A stretch of DNA of 53,194 bases from positions 1-53,194 of the forward strand of contig NVTF01000003.1 in NCBI GenBank assembly GCA_002401485.1, read 5' to 3'. This document shows, piece after piece, positions 18,356 through 27,344 of this stretch. Source of the DNA: Elusimicrobiota bacterium. GTDB lineage: Bacteria; Elusimicrobiota; Elusimicrobia; UBA1565. Every line of letters begins with the position of its first letter. Positions within the stretch are counted from its first letter, which is position 1. The position numbers and the translations under genes are program-made. The notes below the pieces were generated by a model. It searched no databases and was not told where the DNA came from. It saw only the letters and a program-made list of their open reading frames with translations.

Positions 18356-18384
18356 TCCCCGCCCCCAACAACAGGGGGCGGGGA
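18356..18384 (-). other. GC-rich hairpin between flp and tadE (no U-tract)
   Basis: TCCCCGCCCCC-TGTTGTT-GGGGGCGGGGA, an 11-bp perfect stem. Confidence 0.7.
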
Positions 18385-18398
18385 TTCGGAGATCGACC

Positions 18399-18620
18399 TC
18401 AGCCGGAGCCGACAGTCTGAGCCGCCCCGGAGATCATTCCCATGATCTGGTTGAAAATACCACTGATCTGCGGCTTAAACATCTTTCCGATGACCAGAAC
18501 AACGCCGACGATAACCGCCAACATCATAAGGTATTCGACCGTATTTTGTCCGCGCTTGTCGCGAGCCAATTCCCTAAGAATCTCGGCCTCTTCACGCAGC
18601 CTTGCAACGATGTTAGACAT
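18399..18620 (-). CDS. flp: Flp-type major pilin (73 aa)
   Basis: KRG|QNTVEYLMMLAVIVGVV; strong SD GAGGAGG before ATG 18620. Confidence 0.9.
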   Translation of the reverse strand: MSNIVARLREEAEILRELARDKRGQNTVEYLMMLAVIVGVVLVIGKMFKPQISGIFNQIMGMISGAAQTVGSG

Positions 18621-18651
18621 GTGTTTCCTCCTCAGAATAGTTCCCACCCTT

Positions 18652-18753
18652 TAGTACTGCTACTTTGTCATTCGTCCCAGCACAGCGCCGCATCCGCGTC
18701 GCTAGCACTGCTCCTTTGTCATTCGTCGCAGCACCGCGTCGCTCCCGCGACGC
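18652..18753. repeat. Two imperfect 51-bp tandem units in the flp leader
   Basis: tagtactgctactttgtcattcgtcccagcacagcgccgcatccgcgtcgc versus tagcactgctcctttgtcattcgtcgcagcaccgcgtcgctcccgcgacgc (8 mismatches by my count). Confidence 0.9.
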
Positions 18754-18950
18754 TAGTAATACGCCGTCAAAATGGCCTGTCCCGCCTTTGCGAAATAGGT
18801 TCTCAGCGAAGATTGCAGCACCTTGTACAGCCCGGTGAACAGCGCGAGCAGCATCAAGGTCATCATGAGGTACTCGATCAGGACCTGGCCGCGTTGCGCC
18901 AATCGCCTGACTCGAAAACCCAAATTTCGTGTTTTTATCGGGAACCGCAC
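18753..18950 (-). CDS. Second Flp-like pilin (about 65 aa)
   Basis: QRG|QVLIEYLMMTLMLLALF; GTG 18950 follows GAGGG and lies downstream of the promoter. Confidence 0.8.
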   Translation of the reverse strand: MRFPIKTRNLGFRVRRLAQRGQVLIEYLMMTLMLLALFTGLYKVLQSSLRTYFAKAGQAILTAYY

Positions 18951-18972
18951 CTTTTTTTTCCCCTCTTTCTGA

Positions 18973-19001
18973 ATTGTAACAGGAGACCCTGGGAGCGTCA
19001 A
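18973..19001 (-). promoter_or_regulatory. Strong sigma70-type promoter of the pilin/Tad operon
   Basis: TTGACG-17 nt-TACAAT with TGn extension and an A/T-rich upstream region. Confidence 0.75.
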
Positions 19002-19052
19002 GGACGCCAATGTTTCGTACATAAATCTTTATTTTTCCTTTACTTTCCATAA

Positions 19053-20036
19053 TTAGAACTTCATTTTCAGCGATAACATATCCGCCGTACCCAGAGAACC
19101 CAGCGAAACCAAGGCATAATCGAAGGCAATCCCGTACCCAAATGCCTGAGCCGTAAACAGTCCGACACCAAACGAAAGCTTAGGGGAGCCGACCAGAGGG
19201 TATAATCCGCTCCGATCATCCTCAAGAACCCGGCCAAGATCATCGGTGCTATGAAACCCCACCCGCAAATACACCTGACCCACTTGCAAAAGGTCCTCGG
19301 GCAGCATAAATTCCGCGCCAAGTCCGAGTCGCGCGGAAGAGTCTGACGCGTTGGACAATTCCATGGAAATGGTCAGCAATTCAAAGAGACGCACCGACGC
19401 GCCGCCGCGGGTGACCGACGCTACCCGAGAGTTTCCTGACCCGAAATTCTGCGTTGCAAATCCAAATGTGACATAGGAGTTGGGCTTTAACAAGGCCCCG
19501 AAATCCCCGACAATCGTGTCGTGGATCGTCCCATCATTGTCTTCATGAATCGCCTTGAGACTCGCTCCGAAGAAGAGTTTTTCATACCAGAAGGAACGCG
19601 CCGCGCTCAGCGTGAAAAATCCGTTCTGGACACGAGCCTCGGTTCCGTTTAAGGGGACTCCATTGCCATCGCGCACTTCAAATCCATCGATCGTGATGTA
19701 GCCCAGATTGGCGCCGAAAACGGTGCGGCCCAACGGATGAGCGTACGCCATGAAGACGGGAGAGTCGATCTCCTGGATATAGCGCAAATAAGAATACGCG
19801 AATTCCCTCTGCTGCGTCAGAGCGAGTCCGGCGGGATTCCAGGTCATCGCTTCCGATCCCTCGGCGAGGGCGACATAGGCACGCCCCATCGCCAGCGCGC
19901 GCGGGCTCCCTATGCCGATTTTCATGAATGAGGCGCCGCTCGTTCCTGCCGCAGCGTCCTGAGCATGCACGGCCGGTGCCGCCGCCGCGGCGGCGGCGAA
20001 GAACGTGAGGCTCAAAAGAACGCGTTTGCTCATCAT
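19053..20036 (-). CDS. PorV/PorQ-family (UPF0164-like) outer-membrane beta-barrel
   Basis: Signal peptide; GASFMKIGIGSPRALAMGRAYVA...WNPAGLA plug motif; FDYA...LSLKMKF terminal strand. Confidence 0.88.
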   Translation of the reverse strand: MMSKRVLLSLTFFAAAAAAAPAVHAQDAAAGTSGASFMKIGIGSPRALAMGRAYVALAEGSEAMTWNPAGLALTQQREFAYSYLRYIQEIDSPVFMAYAHPLGRTVFGANLGYITIDGFEVRDGNGVPLNGTEARVQNGFFTLSAARSFWYEKLFFGASLKAIHEDNDGTIHDTIVGDFGALLKPNSYVTFGFATQNFGSGNSRVASVTRGGASVRLFELLTISMELSNASDSSARLGLGAEFMLPEDLLQVGQVYLRVGFHSTDDLGRVLEDDRSGLYPLVGSPKLSFGVGLFTAQAFGYGIAFDYALVSLGSLGTADMLSLKMKF

Positions 20037-23000
20037 GGTATCAGCAGCTTCTTCACAACCTGGAATAATCCCTTCGATCCTCTATTGGTTTCTTGACGTA
20101 CGACGAAGAAATAAACACCGTGAGCCACCGGACGCCCTTGCTGATTCGTTTTATCCCAGAGAAAATTAATGAAGCTGTCCTCGGCCTGGGTCCCAAATTC
20201 TTTAGTCAGAATCAAATCCCCCGCAAGATTAAAAATCTTCAGCGACACGGTCGCCTGCAGCGGGGAATAGATGCGGAAGGTTGCATTGGCACCGCGAATC
20301 GGGTTGGGGAATACAAAGGTATTGTTGACGAAATCCGCCTGAGGGTTTTGAGAGCCTCCCCGGACTACCGGGATTTCGGCGATTATGAGGTCTTCGGCAA
20401 GAGCCGCCCCGGGAGCGATATCTCCGGTGATCGCATTGATCGCGGCGATATCGGTCGATCCGACAATCTTAAAGATGTAGTTGCCGTCGGGGACGATCGC
20501 CAAGGTCTCGTCCGTTCCGTCCCAAACCTCGGTTGTTTCGGTACGCGCGGGACGCACCCCTATAATTCGCTTAATGAGCGATTGTGATTCCGGCGGCGTC
20601 GGGTTTCCATTATTGTCAAAGGTCGTTCCCGGCCTGAATATTTTCACCGCAACCCGCATGGTCTCCGAGACCTGATAGGCGATCAGCGCCGTTCCGAAAT
20701 CAGCGCGAAGCGGACTGACCGCGACGTCATAAATACGAAGCGGATCCACCGAAATCGTCTGTTGGGCCGTCGATCCCGAGGACAACACCGACGCCAAATC
20801 GTCGGCCACGGCGCGAACCGTATAGAATCCGGGTTCCACAAAATTCCCACCGTCATCACGCGCGTCCCAGAATTCCCTGTTCAAAATTCCCGAGTCGCGC
20901 ACCTGCCCCAAAATCAAGGTCCGCACCGTCACGGGCGAAGAATTGGTTGTTAGGATTGAAATTGTCACTGAGGATTGACGCGTCAGGGAATAATCGACTT
21001 CATACGGCGGCAGCGAAATGGTTTGACTGGAGTTAAACAACGTCGGGAAGGTCGGGGTGATGCTGAAAACCGGGAAAACAATTGACCCGCGGGCGACTGT
21101 CAAAGCCCCGGTCACCTGATCAGTGGCAAAAAAACGAGGCGTGGTGGTGGACTCCGCGACCAAGGTGTAAATATAGGTGCCGTCGGGAATAAACAGGCCG
21201 TTAGAATCGCGCCCATCCCAAAATTCCGTAATTCTCAGCCGGCCCGGGCGCATGCCTTTAATCGATATAAGGGGCGCTACAGAATTACCCGAGTTTACGA
21301 TTTGCCCGCACGCGCCCCCGGGGTCCAGGACTCCGCACGGAGGCCACGTAGAGGAGGAGCCTTGAATCGTCGTCCCCGGCGGATAGATATTCCAAACGAT
21401 GTTCATCGGCTGAGAAAGCTGATAACTGATGGTCACGACATCGGTAGCGCCCGTTAACAATGGAGAACCCGATACATCCGTAATGCGAAATAAATCGACC
21501 GGGAAAAGTGCGGTCGTTGTTGATATTTTCGCAGGAAAAAACGGATCAGACGCGGTTAGCTGGATCAAATAGGTTCCAGAAGAAACAAATCCACCGGTAT
21601 CATCGGTGGGTATCAGCCACCGTTCCCGGTTTAAGAAATTTCCCGGGCGGACCTGATTATTGATCAGTGTTTTGATGAGATTTTCGCCGGTACTGTTGAA
21701 AATCTTGAGCGAAACAAACGCCTCGCGCGACAACGAGTAGCTGAATGTAAAGGGATCCAATCCAGCAACCGGGGGCGAGGACCCGATGACGGTAGATGCC
21801 GGACCGACTTGCGAAATCGTCACAAGCCCGCGATTGATCGAGAGAAATCCGCTGCGTGCGTTGGTCGACCAGACGCGTCTGTCGGACGCGACCCCGTTAA
21901 AGGGAACGCCGTTTTGTGAAGGCAAGGACGCATAAAGAACAAATACGTAGTTGCCGTCGTCCATAATCTTTCCGTTCGAATCCCGGCCGTCCCAAAAACT
22001 GATTACGGGTTTTCGGAAGTCCTGTTGTTCCTCAAGATGGCGCACCAACGGCTGGGTCGGGCCGAAATTCTTATGCACCCCTTGATTGGCAGCAGGAGGC
22101 AAATCCGGAATAATGGTCGGGTCATTGACATTATTCAAGCCATTGGTAAACGCGGTTCCGGGAGGGTAAATATCGATAAAGACTGTCGCGGGTTCGGTTA
22201 GCAAATAACTCAGGACGGCAAGAGACGTCGATTGCTCCGTCAACGGCTGCACGCGAATATCGGTAATTTGAAGTGTATCGAGCGCAATCTGCCGCGTCGT
22301 TGCCACGCTCAGATCCGCTCCGAATTCATCGAGCGAAAATGACTGCAGCGTGGCAAGATAGACGCCGGGAGGACCGAGATCCCCGTTTTCGAAACGCCCA
22401 TTCCAGGAATCCCCGTTTTGCAGCGTGCCGGAAGGAATGCCCTCACCCACGCGCGGCAACCCGTTGACGACGTGGCGAATAAAGGCTCCATCGCCCTGCA
22501 CGACGGAGAGGAACATCGTCGCGTCTTTCGCCAATCGATAGGTGATGTTGTAGGGCTCCGCCGCGACACCCGTAAGCGCCCCAACCACCGTCGGAGAGGT
22601 TCGCACCACATGCACATCCGTCACATCGACGATGATTGGCTTTTCATCAACAACGGCATTATTCTCGTCCTTCGTGAACCCGCCCGGATAGGCACGGGTT
22701 TGTGTAATATTGATGTTGCCGCTCGCGCCGGTCTGATTGGTCGCAACCGTTGCGCGAAACCCAAACTGCCCGTTTGATTTACCGAATTCCCCCTGAATAT
22801 TGATGGACCCGTCCCACAGGATGCACATCGGGACGCAGGCCGTGCCGGCGCCCGGACAATCGTTTGCCGAATCCGTGCCCGCGGCTATGAAACCCGGGTT
22901 ATCAACGAAAAATGTTCGAAGCGGTGGAGTTGATTCCGGCGCGAGAGGGTTTGACCCGGGAGCGAATTTGAAAATTTCGAATGATACGAAGTCGAGCGCG

Positions 23001-23401
23001 AAGGCGGAATTGCCGGACTGGGTGTTGGCCCAACCGACCTTCGCGCACAGGACAAGGCGATTATTGCAGAAATTATTATTGATCGTGCCGCTGGGCAATG
23101 GAGTCACCGGACAAGCCGGATCCACTGTCTGAGCGAATTCGATATGGGGGTTGTTGGATAGGTTGCCCGCGCTCGGAAGCAGCGGCCGGTTGATCCCATT
23201 GCCGGTACACGTCAGACGCGAAGTGCCGGCGGGCACCGCGCAAAGCGCCGGATCATTAACCCACAGCCCGTCGATAAATACCTGCTGCGCAAACGGAGTC
23301 GTGACCGCGAATAAAAGCACCGCAACAACAGCAAAGGGTTGCGCGGCGCCAATTAGCGCACGCACAATACCAGCTTTAGAGCGGCTCTGTAGTCGAATCA
23401 T
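20033..23401 (-). CDS. Large exported FlgD Ig-like repeat protein with a T9SS-like C-terminal domain (1122 aa)
   Basis: About 8 W(D/N)G.D..G.....G.Y motifs; terminal VFPNP...LKIFNLAGDLI...WDKTNQQGRPVAHGVYF...KKLLI; Cys-rich N-terminus. Confidence 0.88.
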   Translation of the reverse strand: MIRLQSRSKAGIVRALIGAAQPFAVVAVLLFAVTTPFAQQVFIDGLWVNDPALCAVPAGTSRLTCTGNGINRPLLPSAGNLSNNPHIEFAQTVDPACPVTPLPSGTINNNFCNNRLVLCAKVGWANTQSGNSAFALDFVSFEIFKFAPGSNPLAPESTPPLRTFFVDNPGFIAAGTDSANDCPGAGTACVPMCILWDGSINIQGEFGKSNGQFGFRATVATNQTGASGNINITQTRAYPGGFTKDENNAVVDEKPIIVDVTDVHVVRTSPTVVGALTGVAAEPYNITYRLAKDATMFLSVVQGDGAFIRHVVNGLPRVGEGIPSGTLQNGDSWNGRFENGDLGPPGVYLATLQSFSLDEFGADLSVATTRQIALDTLQITDIRVQPLTEQSTSLAVLSYLLTEPATVFIDIYPPGTAFTNGLNNVNDPTIIPDLPPAANQGVHKNFGPTQPLVRHLEEQQDFRKPVISFWDGRDSNGKIMDDGNYVFVLYASLPSQNGVPFNGVASDRRVWSTNARSGFLSINRGLVTISQVGPASTVIGSSPPVAGLDPFTFSYSLSREAFVSLKIFNSTGENLIKTLINNQVRPGNFLNRERWLIPTDDTGGFVSSGTYLIQLTASDPFFPAKISTTTALFPVDLFRITDVSGSPLLTGATDVVTISYQLSQPMNIVWNIYPPGTTIQGSSSTWPPCGVLDPGGACGQIVNSGNSVAPLISIKGMRPGRLRITEFWDGRDSNGLFIPDGTYIYTLVAESTTTPRFFATDQVTGALTVARGSIVFPVFSITPTFPTLFNSSQTISLPPYEVDYSLTRQSSVTISILTTNSSPVTVRTLILGQVRDSGILNREFWDARDDGGNFVEPGFYTVRAVADDLASVLSSGSTAQQTISVDPLRIYDVAVSPLRADFGTALIAYQVSETMRVAVKIFRPGTTFDNNGNPTPPESQSLIKRIIGVRPARTETTEVWDGTDETLAIVPDGNYIFKIVGSTDIAAINAITGDIAPGAALAEDLIIAEIPVVRGGSQNPQADFVNNTFVFPNPIRGANATFRIYSPLQATVSLKIFNLAGDLILTKEFGTQAEDSFINFLWDKTNQQGRPVAHGVYFFVVRQETNRGSKGLFQVVKKLLIP

Positions 23402-23520
23402 TCAGTTGTGAAGCACTCCGCTTCCTACATCTTAGTGTACGGTCAGTTTACAGTTCTTCGGTTTCACTTTTGTTAACCGGAATTAAAGAAAGTATTGCGT
23501 GGATCGGTGCATAATGCCAG

Positions 23521-25422
23521 TCAAATCCTTAACCGCCTTAAATTCCGGCGCGCGTTGCCCTGACGGGGATTCCAATCAATCGCCCGGCTGTACAGCACAA
23601 TCGCTCCCTCCCGGTCCCCGGCGACCTCCCGCAATTTGCCCAAATTATTGAGAATATCGGCGCCGAGGGTTGCACGCGCACGGCGATGAAGCCGCGCCAG
23701 CGCTTCCCTATAAGCCTTCTCCGCCTCGCGCGGCTGCCCCGCAGATTCGTGAACCCAAGCCTTCAAAAAATAGGCCTGAGCCCGGTCGGAATAGGCCGCC
23801 ACGGCCGCTGCTGCCGATTCCAAGGCGGGCCCAATACGATTCAAGCGGACCAATACAAAAATTTCCATTTGGCGGGCGTTTGCGCAGCCCGGAGCAGCTG
23901 CCAGGGTTCGCCCGAGTTCAAGCAGCAGCCGGTTGGAGCCCTCTCGCGTCGCAACAATCGGCTGAATGTACTGATGATTCGAACGGCCGGGCTGAAGAAG
24001 AACATACCCATGCCGGGCGAGTACACTCTCATTGCTCTTATTCAATTTAAGATAGACCATGGCCTCATCGTCCCAATACGCCAAACGCCAGGCCGGAGAA
24101 ACATCCAAGACCCGCGCCGTATACGCTCCCGATGAGCGACGTCTCACAATCGCATAGTCGAAATTCCAACGCTCATCCAGAACCTGCCACCGATTGGGCT
24201 GGAACCACTGCAGCACATCCCGAAGAAATTCCGGACCGTATTCCAAACTGCGTCCATCCGCAAAAACCTTTCTTTCCGGGGACGCGCGATAAATCAACGC
24301 CCCGCCCGCCTCATATTCGTTAAAACCCCTCCCCCTGATTTTTTCACGATCGAGAAAGGCCAAGGGCCCGCGGAAGGGAACCTCCATCCGGGGAATCCCA
24401 ATCAAACCCCTATGCGGATATACGGCTTCGGTGTGTACCCAAAACCCGATCCCTGCGGCAACGGCAAGACCGGGAAGCAGTACAAAATCTTTCCATGCCT
24501 TTCGTTTTTCCAACCACGGACCCAATACGTCAACCAATGCGGGCACAGCCGCCAGCAGCAGAAAAGGAATATTTCGCTGCATGCCCATCGCACCCAGCGC
24601 TGAAAACCCCAGCCAAACAGCGGTGTGGCGACGACGCTTCCAAAGCACGGGCAAGGAAAAGACCGATGCGGCAAAAAAAACACCTGCAATCCCGAACAAC
24701 TCCGACGTCGGACGACGCCACTCGTACAGAAGATCCTTAGCGGGAAATGTCAGGGTTCCCCAAAACTGCTGCAGGACTCCCCAACCACTCGGATGCACAA
24801 CAACGGCGGCGACACTGGCGCACAGCAACGGCCCCCACGAACGCCAATGGGATTTGCTCGCAACCAACGCTGCCCCAAGCAGGGCCGGACCGAGAAAGGC
24901 GGCTCCACCGTGCAGGTTGCTCCAAAGAACAATCGAAGCCGGAAAAATCCAATCCCGTCGCGACGCCGGGCGAGAAAAATCCCGGTCCCACAATAAAAAC
25001 AACCCTGCCCCGAAAAAAACGAGATCAAAAATAAACGGTCTTTCCACGAAGAAACCGCGTGCACCAAAGGCCGCTGCAATCGCGAGCGCTGCGGCCAATG
25101 CGGGTTGTCGGCGTCCTGTCAAGAAAACGAGAACAAAGGCCGCCGCACACAGGACTCCTTTAAAGGCGACCAGCAAGGGGGCTCCCCCAATACTAAAAAC
25201 CGACCAGAAGAGAACCTGGGAAAGCCATTCGAAAGCGACCCATGATCCGCTATTGAGAACAAAAGAAAAGGGATCGACTCGCGGGAATCCCGACTCAACA
25301 ATGAACCGTCCCGTCCGCAGATGCCAAAACGTGTCCGCATCTGTAGGAGAGAACCAGGACAGGAGAACCGCAACCGCAGCGACAAGCGACCCGTAGGCGA
25401 TGAGACGCCGAGAGGAGGACAC
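23521..25422 (-). CDS. Polytopic membrane protein (GT-C glycosyltransferase-like) with C-terminal TPRs
   Basis: DTFWHLRTG...DPFSF...EWLSQV, LWSNLHGG, FNEYEAGG, VFADGR; many TMs; TPR tail. Confidence 0.75.
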   Translation of the reverse strand: MSSSRRLIAYGSLVAAVAVLLSWFSPTDADTFWHLRTGRFIVESGFPRVDPFSFVLNSGSWVAFEWLSQVLFWSVFSIGGAPLLVAFKGVLCAAAFVLVFLTGRRQPALAAALAIAAAFGARGFFVERPFIFDLVFFGAGLFLLWDRDFSRPASRRDWIFPASIVLWSNLHGGAAFLGPALLGAALVASKSHWRSWGPLLCASVAAVVVHPSGWGVLQQFWGTLTFPAKDLLYEWRRPTSELFGIAGVFFAASVFSLPVLWKRRRHTAVWLGFSALGAMGMQRNIPFLLLAAVPALVDVLGPWLEKRKAWKDFVLLPGLAVAAGIGFWVHTEAVYPHRGLIGIPRMEVPFRGPLAFLDREKIRGRGFNEYEAGGALIYRASPERKVFADGRSLEYGPEFLRDVLQWFQPNRWQVLDERWNFDYAIVRRRSSGAYTARVLDVSPAWRLAYWDDEAMVYLKLNKSNESVLARHGYVLLQPGRSNHQYIQPIVATREGSNRLLLELGRTLAAAPGCANARQMEIFVLVRLNRIGPALESAAAAVAAYSDRAQAYFLKAWVHESAGQPREAEKAYREALARLHRRARATLGADILNNLGKLREVAGDREGAIVLYSRAIDWNPRQGNARRNLRRLRI

Positions 25423-25433
25423 GCCTTAACTTA

Positions 25434-27260
25434 CTATTTCCGAACCAGGAATTTCTTAAAGGTGGGCAGCCCCGTTGAAGGCACGGATAAGCCCCATAAC
25501 TCAAGCTGCTGCTTGCCTTCATCACCCAGGCGTTCGGTGAGATAAATAGCCTGGAGCGGAACCTCAAACTTGGTTTCATGAATCAACTCAAGGACGCGCC
25601 CCTTGCGTTCAAATACCGCGATCCTCGGGGTTTTCGCATCGACGATCCACAACTCTTCGCGGTGCCACGCGATCGCGCTTGGGGCGATATCGCCTGGAAT
25701 CTGATACGGCTCGGTTTCCGCCTCGGGGCCCTCGCCAAGATGGCGATACATCTGCCGGGTGGCGGCGTCATAGGACCATAAATTACGGCCGTCTGAGGTT
25801 AATGCGGTCGGGGCGGGACCGGGAGTCGGCCAACTTTCTTCCACCGTCTCCGGGGATGCGAGCGGATGACGGAAAATACGGCTTTGTCCGGTATCGAGCG
25901 AATACAACTTCTCTCCCCAGACGACGATCCCGGCGGGATGGTACGGCGGCTTCGCTTTTACATGGAGCGTACGCATGGCGACGCTCGGATCCGACGGGTC
26001 TACGGACATCAGTTTTCCGTCCCATTGCGAAATCCATGCCAGGTCCCCATCGTAGGCGATGCTGGTCGCGTTGTTAGCTTCAATCGTATGCGACGCGGCC
26101 AAGGTGAGCTCGAAGCGATGCAGATGTTTGTAGATCGGAAACGAAACGGCGATTAAAACGGCGGCGACGCCCGCTACGATAACCGGGCGCCAGTCTCGAA
26201 TCCTTAAATCGAAGGTCTTCGCGGGCAGGGCGGTCAGTTCCGCGATCTTTTTGGCGCCCGCCGCCGCCTGGCGCATCACGGTATTCATTTTCTCGGCTGC
26301 GTCGGCCGAACGGCGCATAACATCCGACATCGCGCCCGCATGTTTCGTTTCCCGCTCTTCCAACTTCTCCATATTCTGGTGGAAGTCCTCGCGCTGCGAC
26401 TGAACGCGCTCTTCCCAACTGCGGAATTGCTGCTTCTGATTCTCCCACGTCGAACGTTCGCGGTCCCAAAGCTCCTGCCACTGCGTGCGTTCTTCCTGCC
26501 ACAAATTCTGAAGCTCGACGACATGTTCTTCCACTTCCTTAACACGTGAGACAGCCTTATCCCGATCCTTGGCCGCCTCATCGCGGTCTTGCCGCTCCTG
26601 GATCAACTCGGCGAGCGTCTTCTCGATGGCGTTTTTAGCCTCGGCGAGCTCCGCCCGGGACTTGCCGGCATCCCCTTCATTCTTTGCGGAAGCCTGCTGG
26701 AGCCGCTCGGCGCGGACTTCCATCTCCTTGAGCTCCAGCAAATACTGCTGCTCCCGTTCATTCCAGTGATGCTCGGTCTCCCGCCAGCGTGTTGTCTCCG
26801 AGGCAAGCTGCCGCCGCATATTCTCGGCAATCGCCCGCAGCACGCCCTGCTCCTCTTGGTGCCGCTGCGCCTGGGATTCCAGCCCTTTGCGCGAGGAATC
26901 AAGCTCCGCCGATACATTTAATATTTCCTGATAAACCGCTTCTTCCTGCCGCTGCGCATTCGCTCGCATGCGCGCCGTTTCCTGCTCACTCTCCTCCGCC
27001 CTCGTTTTGAGTTCGCGCACGGAACGTTCTTTCAACTCAATGAGCTGCTTGAGACGCATCACCTCGGCGCGGTGTTGGCGCTTCACAAAAGACATGGCTT
27101 CCATGGACGCCTCACGCGTGATCGATGGCGCGTCCGTAAATGTGAAATCCGACGACGCCACAGACGGCGGCGCGGGCGGCAAACTATCGGGGCCGCTCGT
27201 CACACGCTGCCAGAGCATGTCTAGCTCGCGTTGAATTTGGTCTGGTGTCTTCTCTTCCAT
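25434..27260 (-). CDS. Long coiled-coil / single TM / beta-propeller-like protein
   Basis: About 300 aa of E/Q/R heptads; TM PVIVAGVAAVLIAVSF; repeats AYDGDLAW, VVWGEKLY, TSDGRNLW, AWHREELW. Confidence 0.85.
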   Translation of the reverse strand: MEEKTPDQIQRELDMLWQRVTSGPDSLPPAPPSVASSDFTFTDAPSITREASMEAMSFVKRQHRAEVMRLKQLIELKERSVRELKTRAEESEQETARMRANAQRQEEAVYQEILNVSAELDSSRKGLESQAQRHQEEQGVLRAIAENMRRQLASETTRWRETEHHWNEREQQYLLELKEMEVRAERLQQASAKNEGDAGKSRAELAEAKNAIEKTLAELIQERQDRDEAAKDRDKAVSRVKEVEEHVVELQNLWQEERTQWQELWDRERSTWENQKQQFRSWEERVQSQREDFHQNMEKLEERETKHAGAMSDVMRRSADAAEKMNTVMRQAAAGAKKIAELTALPAKTFDLRIRDWRPVIVAGVAAVLIAVSFPIYKHLHRFELTLAASHTIEANNATSIAYDGDLAWISQWDGKLMSVDPSDPSVAMRTLHVKAKPPYHPAGIVVWGEKLYSLDTGQSRIFRHPLASPETVEESWPTPGPAPTALTSDGRNLWSYDAATRQMYRHLGEGPEAETEPYQIPGDIAPSAIAWHREELWIVDAKTPRIAVFERKGRVLELIHETKFEVPLQAIYLTERLGDEGKQQLELWGLSVPSTGLPTFKKFLVRK

Positions 27261-27344
27261 AGAACACCGCCCGGAGGGCTTGGGACCCTCCGGCCGGCTA
27301 AGATCATTGTAACGGGAGAATCGCCCGAAGCTATAACGGAATTG

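Noticed and set aside
17835-18371. 178-aa alternative-frame ORF over tadE
   Set aside because: No motif, while the tadE frame has a clear prepilin signature.
18652-18753. 51-bp tandem units as a CRISPR array
   Set aside because: Only two contiguous units, no unique spacers and no cas genes.
18613-19050. 145-aa minus-strand ORF with a 17-aa repeat
   Set aside because: It overlaps the better-supported pilin and its promoter; the peptide repeat just reflects the 51-bp DNA repeat.
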